DNA of 48,212 nt, counting the filler, from Catajapyx aquilonaris (lineage: Eukaryota), in assembly GCA_000934665.2 (NCBI GenBank). It is 2 parts of 2 records of this genome, joined end to end, with 100 filler letters (N's around TTAATTAATTAA, not from the genome) between each part and the next. Parts side by side here need not be neighbours in the genome. Positions count along the whole stretch, not along the records: positions 24,181 to 48,212 come from JYFJ02005579.1; 1 more part is not named here. One strand, 5' to 3'. Below, piece after piece: positions 37,755 through 48,212 of the stretch. The position numbers and the translations under genes were made by a program. Below the pieces are notes generated by a model. The model was not told where the DNA came from. It did no database searches and worked only from the letters and a program-made list of their open reading frames with translations. Every line of letters begins with the position of its first letter. The stretch's first letter is position 1.

Positions 37755-40700
37755 TTAAATGGAAGACAAGAAGCGATTAACCTGTTCACTTGTGAGTGTT
37801 GTGAGATATTCTTCAAAAAGGCTATACGTCAGGTGTCTGGCAATCATCCATTCCAGACTTTTAATGAATCCTTCCCTGTTTCGTACAAACTTCAAGTGCT
37901 TGGTGAATGTGTGGGACTGCAGCGGCATCATTTGCTTGATTGTATCATTCACTTTGGCACGTATACTACTGGCAATGCAATTGACATCTGTCAAGTTTTG
38001 CTGGATCTCATACTTGTGGCCTTTATCCTGAAGCACACGGCACAGAGACTTGATGTAAATACTCCCGGTCTCCTTGTTTCGGAACGAGGTGAAACCAGGA
38101 ACAGTGGACATGCTCATCAGATGGTCTGAGAGGTCAGGGCACAATGGTTGATTCTTAGGTCCAACGTTGTCTTCTTCACAAGGAATCACAAGTGCTGGAA
38201 TGAAACCAAATTTCAATTAGTTTCAAAAAAAGTACACAAACATCTGGTTGCCCAATGCTGCAGAGAGCAAATGAAAATATATACACACCTCCACAAAAAT
38301 CACATTTGTTAGTTTTTATTTATGGCCTACAAGCACTTAATGGAAATCCAGTTTTAAAAAGCATTTCACCTCTTGGAAATCAGATGAGCCTGTGTTAAAT
38401 TGCAATAGCCAGGGGTTGGTCTCCTTGCCTTCACATTATACGAGGGTTGATTCAAAAGTCATGGTGCGTATTTTTTAATTCAAAAACGGTAACACATACA
38501 GAAATGAACTTTGCTGAGTTTTGAAGATCTGGCGATGACAATTTTATCTGGCATATAGATGTCACCCACATCGTGAGGGGGATGGAAAACAAAAGGGGAT
38601 CGTGACCCCCTCACCGCACCATCGCCCTAAGATGGCCCGAGCCTGCCGTGCTTGGAGCTGTTGGACACTGGCTGCATGCTGGACACTCGAAGATGGACAA
38701 CACTGGAGCTTGCGTTCGAGTGTGGGACAAGTCAGAGCACTATGACCGGAGCCATGTGTCATCCATTGCCACAGACAGTTTTTAAAAAACCATTGCCCTC
38801 AGTGCGATAGAGTTCCAAGCAAGGGCAAAATGGTAGCACTTTTGCACCTCAAAGAGATGGCGAGGAACCAGTGAGGATGCCAACTTCCTGAGACCTTTCA
38901 GTCTTTCAGAGTCCTAAGCATAGTGCTCTGACTTGTCCCACACTCAAAAGCAAGCTCCAGAGTTGTCCATCTCCGAGTGTCCAGCATGCAGCGTCCAACA
39001 GCTCAAGCGTGGCTGGCTCGGGTCGCCTTAGGGCGGTGAGGGGGTCACGATCCCCTTTTGTTTTCCGGCCCCATCGCAATATGGGCGACATATATATGCC
39101 AGATAAAATTATAATCGCCGGATCTTCAAAACTCAGCAAAGTTCATTCCTGTATGTGTCACCTTTTTTGAATAAAAAACACGCGCCATGACTTTTGAATC
39201 AACCCTTGTATTTACATGTAATTTGAATTATTCTCCCTACAAGACGTAGCAGTCTCTTCTTATGTACTTTGACCAGGAAAGTGATTATCCTGCATATCCA
39301 AAAGGAGTATTTTAAATTGCAGTTAATACTTTTATGCTCATATGCACAATAAACACTTCCGCAACACAGTGTTGGACATTAATCGTGTCGTACTGCTGGC
39401 AACATTTTCCGAAGCGGCAGAAGAACGAATCGACTCAATGGAGTGAAAGCCATGCGAGCAAGATTCGTTCTTCCACCGCTTTGGAAAATGTCCCTAGCAA
39501 TACGACATGACTCAAGTCCAACACTGTACCATTATGATTGTAGCCTGCAGTGCAAAAGACCTTTGTAATGGTCTGTAATAGTTCTGCTGTAATGTAACTA
39601 CTCAAATGTATGAGTAAGTAATGCCACAGTGCAGCTACAATTTCCGATCCAAAGACGGCTTTGTTGATCGCAACTTTAAGGTTAAAATTTTCTATGGACC
39701 CCAGATGTGCGCATACCATATTCCAAATAAAACCATTTCTCCGTCACTCTCCTATTAAAAAAAAATTCGAGCGCAGATTTACAAGCAAATATAAATTTGG
39801 TATAAGGACCTATAGACAGCGACCAAAATTATGTGTAAAAAATCTCAAAACACTAGAACACAATCGTCTTCATGAGATATCCAAATGAATTCAGGTCACT
39901 ACATAAGGGTTAACTGCATCAAAGTGACATTAGAAATACTAACCTTCCTGACTCTCTTTGCCCTGGCAAGCTTGAATGAAGAACATTTTTGGCTTCTTAA
40001 TCAGAGAACGGCACTTTTTCCCAGTAAATATGTTGATAATTTCATCGATGCTTACTGAAATACAGTCTGATCCAAGAACCTCACCTGGAATGCAACAAAA
40101 AATTAGTTAAGGTAAAAAAATAAGATAAATAAATAAATAAATTAATTAATTAATTGATTTTTAAAAAACCTGTAGCTCTCACCTCGAAGGCCATGAGTTA
40201 AGATGCAAACTACCAAACTGCAACCAAAATCCACAGTACTTGCAAGAGACGACAAGTTTTTTGTCATGCTGTTATGAGCCTGGTCTTCATTTATTATGAC
40301 CTCATAGCCAAACATTTTGAATGTTTCACGCAAATTATCCCTGTCAACATCAGTTCCAATCCTGTCTTCCAGATTCTCATGAATATACTCCTGAAGAAAT
40401 AAAATGACCGTTGTAAATAGAGGATCAAAATTAAGCGTCACTGTTTAATAAACAAATGATCAACAAATCCGGACGTTATTGCCCACCATGCGTACAAAAT
40501 TAATATATTTTTTCACACTACCGAATTATTTTAAAATACAAAAAAATACATACATTTCCTTCCCATTCAATATCAGGCTCAAATGTGCGCTGGTTGATGA
40601 TAATACAGAGGCCAGCATTTTTTGGGTCCATCTTGTACCAACGAGTTGGGTCCTCTCTATTCTCAATTGGTGGAAGAGATGTGCAAGAAGCTAGACTGTT

Positions 40701-41420
40701 TACCTCAGAATTCTGTGACTGAAAGCTGGTAAGATTCACTTCTGCTTCGGACAGCCTTTCTTCTCCTTCCCCACATGCAGCCAGTAGTGACTTGAAGTAC
40801 TGGCTAATGTTTTGGGGGACACCAGCTTCCTTCAGGGCTGCAAACAGCCCTGAATAGTCATAGCAATTTTGGTTTTGTGGTTTTGTATGCTGAGATATCC
40901 ATTTAAGAAGTGCCACTTCCATCGGATCAGACAGGGCGACTCCCATTTTATACTTCAACTTCTCTTCTTCCTTCCGAGTCACATTGTTGCACAGATAAAA
41001 GAAAGCCTTCCTCAGCCTCTTAATTCGACCCCCATGAAAACTGTGGCTATCAATTGCAATTTTTGCAATATCCTTTGCAACATCTGACAGTCCTGCATAC
41101 CGTTTAACTAGCTGAAAGTTCTGTGTGAGACACAGACTCTCCACCATTTTGTCAGTCCAATTACATTTTTGGTCCTGGGCCCATTGCAAGAGTGGTCCTG
41201 GGCCGTAACTAACCTCTTGCCTACAACTCTCCAAATAGACAGCCATCTTCTGGAGGGCAAGGTCAACTTCGTTCTCAGCATCATAAAGAAGAAAAATCAG
41301 TTTCAGCTGATCCTCCTCATCCAATAGAGAGTCAATGGATTTTACTTGTTCCAAATCAATTGGTGTTCGCGCCAGACGATTATGGGAGACTGTAACAGAG
41401 TCTTCTTGAGATTCTGTCAT
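37755..41420 (-). CDS. Dredd: Initiator caspase, caspase-8/Dredd-like (~551 aa)
   Basis: Exons 40554-41420 (DED-like prodomain LKLIFLLYD..ESLCLTQNFQLVKR, then YKMDPKNAGLCIIINQRTF), 40183-40390 (RIGTDVDRDNL..VCILTHG), 39944-40084 (KPKMFFIQACQG) and 37755-38194 (STVPGFTSFRNKETGSIYIKSLC..QMMP..HTFTKHLKF). Catalytic His-Gly and QACQG are intact. The symbol reflects family similarity, not a phylogeny. Confidence 0.9.
38441..39208. mobile_element. mariner-like foldback element in a caspase intron
   Basis: TA|CGAGGGTTGATTCAAAAGTCATGG ... CCATGACTTTTGAATCAACCCTTG|TA, with inverted arms of ~300 bp. Confidence 0.85.
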
Positions 41421-43539
41421 CGTGCCTGAAAGTAATTATCAACTGTTAGAATAAACTTTTTTCATTAATTTTTACTTATAAGGTACAGCACCAAGGTAAT
41501 CAACACTTGCATCAAAACCACACAAGCCCAACCTTGACAGGGATAGTATGCCACATGTGTTTTAAAATGCAGTCAAATAAATGGCCACGAACCTTTCTTG
41601 CATCGACGCATTAAATATACAATGTGTTTTATGTACTGCACAAGATCACTTTGGCTGACACTTGGTATGCATGGATTTTGAAGGTGACACCTATTGTTCA
41701 CAATTTCACACAGAAAAAGAAATGCCTACAGCATTGAACTGCCTCCCTATCTGGAGCGATTACATGATCCAGCAGAGAGTAAATCATGAACACTAAATTT
41801 GGTTCACATCTGCTTTTATTTACAGATGTTAAGTGAAAATCCTCAGGTTCGACTAAGGCAAGTATAAACTAATGTGTTGTGTAGTCTGGGATGTGTCAAA
41901 GAAGGGCAAATCATAGGTGGAAAAACAAGTGGAAGTAACGACATTTAAAATAGATTTTCCTTAATTCAGTGTACGACCTCCTGCCTATGCATTGTAAAGT
42001 ATTATTCGGTATCTGTCATATCATCATGTAGTGACATAGGGCAATTTACCACAGAAGCACAGGGGCTCATTGGAAAAGCCTGGTCATGTAAATTGCCCTT
42101 AAAATTAAACTATACTGCCATTTTCAGCCACAGTAATGCTTTCCGACGAAAGTCGGACTCCGGACTGCGAGACACAATAGACGACACTTTCCTAGCAAAA
42201 TCATCTGGATTTTCAGTGCTCACGCGTAGGCTACAGTACATGACAGGAGACATTTACCTTAATTTTTTGAACTTTACCATCCCATTGTTTATAACAGTTA
42301 TTTAGGAAGTGTAAATGAAAGTCTCACGATGCAAAAGAAGACAGTACAGTATGCAGTGAAAAAGACCAAACAGCTACAAAAATTAAGTACGGTTTCAAAT
42401 ATTTTAAAGAATGAAATTTTCATGCACAATAATTGCATAGCTAGCCAACTGAGACCAACTCGTGAAGTTATACAGATAGCTCAGGTAACTATTAAGTCAG
42501 AATAACTGTAACATCACACCTAGTGTTAAAAAACCCACTTCCTCAACCTTTCACAGCCTCAATTTAATTTTGTTAATTACATCCAAAACACTTGTCTCAC
42601 CTGTGCAAATGCAACAAGTTACTGTCAGCACAATGTCAGGTGGCAAATACAATCAGCTAGCACAGCAAGGAGAGTTTCAATCCTTGCCTGAACCGTGCCA
42701 AAACTTGGAGTGAAGCTGCAGGCAAATCTAGGCTACGTATTTCACAACTACAGGAAGAGAAAGAGGAGAGAAAATAGATTCACCGAGGGATTTTCTCCTC
42801 AATCCAGAGGGATTTCCCCGCAGATGTTTGCCATTCAGCGGTTTACACATGCCACCGCCAGCGACCTTGCAAAAAGAAGCCAATGATATCGCATAATTAA
42901 TTGCGATCAGCCAATAGCAGAGCAGAAGTGAATGCAGCTTGTCCTTAGTAGTAGAGACGAGGAATGAACCGGACCGTTACTTGTCTGAACCGGTCCGTCC
43001 CGAGTGTGCGCATCGGAACGGATGGACCAGACTAGACGAGCACATGTTGTGAAGAAACATCGGCGGTCTTGGGGTTGATTAGGCCTGGATCCCATGGCTT
43101 ACCTGCTCTGCCTGGGTGCTCGAACCGTGCAGCTCTTCAGGCTGTACAGGCCGGGGCAGGCGGCCGCGGTGGGACACAGGAGCACGGGTGAGGACATGCC
43201 ACTCCACGGACCGCCACAGACTAATATTAGCATTTTTTTATGTAACACAATGTCATCTCTTATGCGGAGTGGCATAATAGCGGCCAGACAGGTCACCTTT
43301 CACTTACATGGTTAACTGGCAGGGGGAGGGGGAACTTCCGAAATTACCATGACACAAACACTTGCACCCTTCTCATCCATCCATCCCTGCGTATCAATCC
43401 AGGCACTTTGTTGTAAGGTTCCAGACATGCTACAGTATAAATAATAATGGTCTGTGCAAGTGTGAAGTACGGACTATGCCCAATTTAGTATTTTTAATTT
43501 TCTGAGCGCAACTGTAGCAGTGTAGGAAATCTACTCACC

Positions 43540-43830
43540 TAAGTTTGCAGTGGAGTTGGATCTATTGGGGGAAAAAAGCCTAGACATAGTCTCACAAAAA
43601 TCTATAATATTAAAATCCTTGTGGTGTTTGACCGAGCCCTCTGATTGGTCCGCCGCATATTGTTACCGCCACCTCCCCATCTAATCATGCGCAATGGGGT
43701 GTAAACAACTCCTCTGTTGGGTTGCCAGGGAAACTGACCATTACTTATCTGTATTGCTGCGCAGTTGGCAATACTGTGAAGTTGGTTACGGAGTCAGTTC
43801 CGTTTATGGAACGACAGACACAGGACAGAC
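43540..43830. promoter_or_regulatory. Putative bidirectional promoter of the caspase and POLRMT
   Basis: Lies between a - strand donor TAG|GTGAGT (43538) and the POLRMT ATG (43831). Contains ATTGG at 43644 and an NRF1/ewg half-site-like ATGCGCA at ~43687. Confidence 0.5.
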
Positions 43831-46800
43831 ATGTTCTCACTTCTCACTAATCGGGCCGTTGAAGACTGCTGGAGGGCTAACGTTACACCCTCCCCCGGCG
43901 ATATGGTGCGCTGCATAGGTACCCCAGGCTGCAGGCCTAGAAAAGAGCGAGCGAAGCAAGTGGTTTTCTAGTCCTGTGTCCTAGGAAAATGCAAGCGGAG
44001 CGAGTGTTTTCCTAGTTAGAGGTTGATCTCACATTGTAGGTTTAAAACCTCTGGAATGTTGTTACGCTACAAATACATCTGCTCTCAAACTGTGGACTGA
44101 CCTTCTTAAGCGAAGTCGGAGAAGAACTAAAAAGAAGCACTCCTTTGCTGAACTAATCGAAGGTAAGATTTTACTGATACATCAGCAGTTGTTTGATGTG
44201 ACATGAATCAGCCACCATGTAACAACAGCAATAATAATATACATACCCTTTGTATCCCGCCTTTCCCCTCCCCTTCCTCTCTCCCTTGTCCTTCCCCCCA
44301 ATTGTGCAGTACCAATGAACGTAATTATAGAGCAATGGCAATGTGTATTCAATTGAAAACATCAGACAAGCAGAACTATATCATTATTTTTTTGGATTCC
44401 AGATTTGAGAAATTGTAAAATGAAGCCTATCGTACGATGGAGTGATTTTCATTAGTTTTAATTATCATTTTCAGTAAAGGCAACCACAACGAATGACACG
44501 AAAGCTTCTGTTAGTAAACTGAAGGCAGCACAAGTAGCACTGATCAGTGACAGGCCTGAGATGTGCCTCAGCAAGCTAGGGAACCTAATGAAGAGTCCAG
44601 AGGTCCCTTCAGGAATTTTAAAGCATGAAGTTAAAGCACAAGCGCTGGAGGTCTCTGTTGTAGATGATCTGAACTGGGCAACACATGACTTGGAAGAAGT
44701 TGAGTCTGAACTGGAGATGTCAATGGCCAATGATCCTGCTACCCATGGTGACCACAAATTCAGTGATTTGGAAGCTGATTCAGAAGAACCTGCACTGCAT
44801 CATGCACAAGAGACTGTTGAGGGAGCCTCACAAAGCACTTCTGTACCAACAAAATCCAAGCAAGTGATGCTGACTTGAATTTTACAGAATTAAAAGTAAC
44901 TGAATATCTATTCACAGAAACAACCCGGAAACGAAGAAGAGTAAAGCTCCAGTTATAAGTAAAGCCAACAGAGAGAAGTTGGCTAAGACCAAGTGGGAAG
45001 AACTGGAAAGGTCGGCAAAGGAGGCAACTTTATCAAAGACTCTACATTCTTATCTTGATCTTTGCGTAAGCAAAACTTGAGGCTGTATGATTTTTTGGGG
45101 GGAAATCACCATTTTACAACTGAACTTGTGATTTTAAAAATGAACTGGTCTGAATAATACATCTGCCTTTTTTTCAGATCCACAATGGCCAACTGCAACA
45201 GGGTGTGCATACCTTTTTCCACTATCGGTGGCTTGGAAAGCACACTCAGGAAGCACCAAAAATCAAAGATGTTGACTTGTTCAACTTGCTCATGAAAGGA
45301 TTTGTACGAAAGGTAGGCAAACAAGTTCGACCTTTCCTACAAGCAATTATTTTGATTCTAAAATTATTGTTCATTTTGCAGGGTCAACTCATGCGACAGA
45401 AGGAAATGCTGAATATTATGAGGGACGATGGAGTCAAGCCTAATTTAGCTACTTATGCAGCCATCCTAATGTGCTTGGGAAAATGCCCAGTTCTTCCAGC
45501 AAATGAAACTTATTTGCAGAAAATCATTACCGATATGGAAGAAGATGTGAGATACGCAATTACTGTTGTCTCACCAAGTAATCTGATGGATATCTTTTGA
45601 CAGGGCTACACAAAGAATTGCTTGTTCAACAAATGTAAATATGAAGGGAATGAGAAGGACCTTCTTCTCAATGCTCTGCGCAGAGTGGATCCAGCTTTCG
45701 TGCCGGATGTGACTGCTCCTGATTCTCATTATGTCTGCAGGCTTCTTCATAAACTCAATGACTCTTCAAGGATCTATAACGTAAGTTCCATAAAATAACA
45801 TGTTATCCGTCTTTGTGGGACAAGTACCTGTTAATTTATCAACATTTTAACAATGTAATTTTATTACTAGATTGTGTGAATAGTCAATAATTCTAAGGGG
45901 GTGACCAAAGATGTGAAAATGTTGATATTGGCCATTCTACAACCATGGATAATGATTCTGCAGATAAACAGAGGGCTGACTGTAATAAAATTAGGATATC
46001 AGGCTTATTGGATAAAGTTCGTAGCACATTGTGTGGTGGGACATTCACATTACAAAATTGACACGTTAAATATTTCATCCTGACATGAATGTTTACGGTT
46101 CCATGCAGAGTTAGACCTTCCATGAAAGAATATGTATTATTTTTTAGTACTCATCACCTGCTCATGGAGTGGTAACCACAGAGGACCTATGGAAACTAGC
46201 TACTGAACAGTTTCACATGGAGAAGCAAGGATATGTGACAGTGGAGTCCATTGTGAAAGTACCTGAGACTGAACATGTGAATTACTTGGTATGGCATAAA
46301 TTGTATTGGCCAGGCATTTGTTGATATTAATATTCACCTGGAATTTTGTAGAGAACTGTACTTAGTGAGACTGAAGGCAGGTGGTCCAATGTGGTACTGG
46401 AAGCACTAGAGAAGGATGTCAGTGCTTTAAGGAACCAGTATGCTAACGGAAGGCTTAAGAAAGTGATGACCATCCTTCCGTACATGACAGCCCTCAGGCC
46501 TACTGAATACAAAGATATTGTGATGCAGGTATGCTGAGTAAAATACAACCTCTGAAAAGTGTCTGTTATTCAATTTCAAGATACTTTTAAAAAATTGACA
46601 AATGGTTATATCTGTGAAGCAGTGGAGCTATGAACAAGATTGAATTTTTCTGGTTCATTCTCACTTTCTGATGTGGAACGAAGTATCCTGGGAGTGGTAC
46701 TAATTGCCACGAGGCATGATTTTCAATTTGGTTCTTTTTATTTTATTTAGGAGGTACGCAAACTAGCGCAGGGATCTGAGTCCTACACCATGAGCACCAG

Positions 46801-47838
46801 GAACCTGTACAGAATGTTGGGTGAGCAGGTCATGGGGAGGTACCAGGTGAAACACAAGCTGGAATTAGGGATAATGCAAAAATTGGAGAAGGTGTACAAT
46901 GAATACTGTGATTGGTATCTCAGCAGCAATGCTGATTTTCAGAATCAGAGACAAAAGTGGCAAGACTTGATACATAAATACCAATCAGGACCAGACCTGG
47001 TAAGCAAATGGCAAATGTGGTATGCAGCTTAAATTTTTAAATGTTACCTTATGGCAGGATATTGCTGAGAAAGTGTGGCCAGCAAATATCTTGGAAGGGA
47101 TTGGGAAGTTTTTGTACAAGATCATCATTCATGACATCAAAATTAACCCTGAGCTTTTCAAGAAACACAAGAGGAACAAGTGAGTGTGATGAATATTAAT
47201 TTAATGAGATTGATTTTAAAGTCTGATTTTCACTGGCACAAAAATGTTAATTATGTCAATATCATGTACTTTGCAGTTATGAAGTGCCAGCCTTCTACAA
47301 GATATATCGTACACATGGCCACAAAATCAGGGAGGAGATCAAACCTCATCCTGTCCTTGTTCGCCTGTATGAAGAAGCTGCTGGGAAAGAGCTTGTGTAT
47401 GAGTCATGTCTTCTCCCAATGGTGTCTCCTCCCCTCCCATGGATATCAATTCAGACTGGTGGTTACCTTCTCTCCATTGCCAAGCTAGTCCGTTTGCCAT
47501 TTCAAGCACACCAGCAGAAACAGCGACTTGAGGCAGCTTCACCTCAGGAGCTATACCCATCATTAGACTCACTGAACCAACTTGGGTCCATCCCGTGGCG
47601 AATCAATGAACCCATACTGGATTTAGTGATTCAGGTTTTTAACAACAATGGAGATGATTCACTTGGAATCCCACCACCACCATCCATGTGTCCACAACCT
47701 CCTGATATGCCAAGTGAGTCAGCAGACAAACAGGAAAGATACCAGGCATACAGGCAGAGGATGTTGCTCAGGCGGAAGAAGGCTGAGATGCACAGTTTGT
47801 GGTGCGATGCATTGTACAAGCTGTCTTTGGCCAATCAT
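43831..47838 (+). CDS. POLRMT: DNA-directed RNA polymerase, mitochondrial; spliced, 3'-partial
   Basis: Exons 43831-43918, 44040-44162, 44475-44859, 44918-45065, 45178-45312, 45382-45546, 45604-45780, 46148-46288, 46352-46528, 46751-46999, 47058-47179 and 47277-47838, in phase. PPR-like FNLLMKGF..GVKPNLATYAAILMC and LPMVSPPLPW..GGYL..LDSLNQLGSIPWRINEPILD..EMHSLWCDALYKLSLANH. The start exon is less certain. Confidence 0.93.
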
Positions 47839-48118
47839 GTAAGTTTTTACTTACCATTAGACCTCATTGGGGAGGATTCTGCAGATTTTGAGTTTTTAGT
47901 TATGACAATGAAAAAAAAATGAAGTGGCCATATTAGTCCAGGGCTTTGCTGTTTGACATACAAAAACCGGCAAGAAAATAGGTTCTTTAGCAATTACATG
48001 TACAGTAAAATGTGCATAATGTATCGAAAGTATCCAGAAATCACAGTTAACAGAAGTGAGCCTGTAATTATTGAATTCAGTGTTCAAAGCAAAAATATTT
48101 CTCCTAAAGATTCTTTTA

Positions 48119-48212
48119 GGCCCGTATTCATAATGGAATTCGAACGCGGGGTCGGGGTTGAACCCGGGGTTGAGGCGGAGTTGACCCCGGGTTCGTATTC
48201 ATAATGGCCTTG
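48119..48212. mobile_element. Left end of a probable Harbinger-like MITE in a POLRMT intron
   Basis: TTA|GGCCCGTATTCATAATGG, with the motif CGTATTCATAATGG repeated internally. Cut by the window end. Confidence 0.4.

Noticed and set aside
39300..39913. Possible TTAA-flanked transposon ending ACATAAGGGTTAA
   Set aside because: Only one plausible terminus was found, with no matching partner or coding remnant.
42930..43240. GC-rich structured stretch ending in a T run, considered as 7SK, RNase P/MRP or telomerase RNA
   Set aside because: None of the conserved motifs I know for these RNAs is present. It is better explained by a hAT-like end (TAGAGACGAG with GAACCGG repeats) plus a - strand caspase 5' exon. 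An Rfam/Infernal scan would settle it.

Overview
Eukaryotic, intron-rich animal DNA, most likely an arthropod and plausibly a non-holometabolous hexapod (inference from gene content). Many introns are only ~55-65 nt and short transposons are dense. Gene models I built by hand from splice sites: CDK5RAP3/C53 (- strand, 3' exons not found in the window), head-to-head with a C2H2 zinc-finger gene whose N-terminus is five 30-aa tandem repeats; a terminal Arg/Asp/Gly-rich exon of an unidentified gene (-); a true Wnt4 orthologue (+) with two extra in-frame exons adding an acidic/Pro segment and a polybasic segment (62 codons); and a Dredd/caspase-8-like initiator caspase (-) head-to-head with mitochondrial RNA polymerase POLRMT (+, runs off the window). 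Mobile DNA includes a hAT relic holding a doubly truncated Utopia/NeSL-like retrotransposon fragment, a 5'-truncated LINE, tRNA-derived SINEs (two with a V-SINE-like core), many palindromic MITEs and a three-level nested MITE. An artificial 100-bp spacer (44 N + TTAATTAATTAA + 44 N) at 24081-24180 means the two halves may not be adjacent in the genome. No rRNA, true tRNA or CRISPR array was seen. All family assignments rest on remembered motifs, not database searches.
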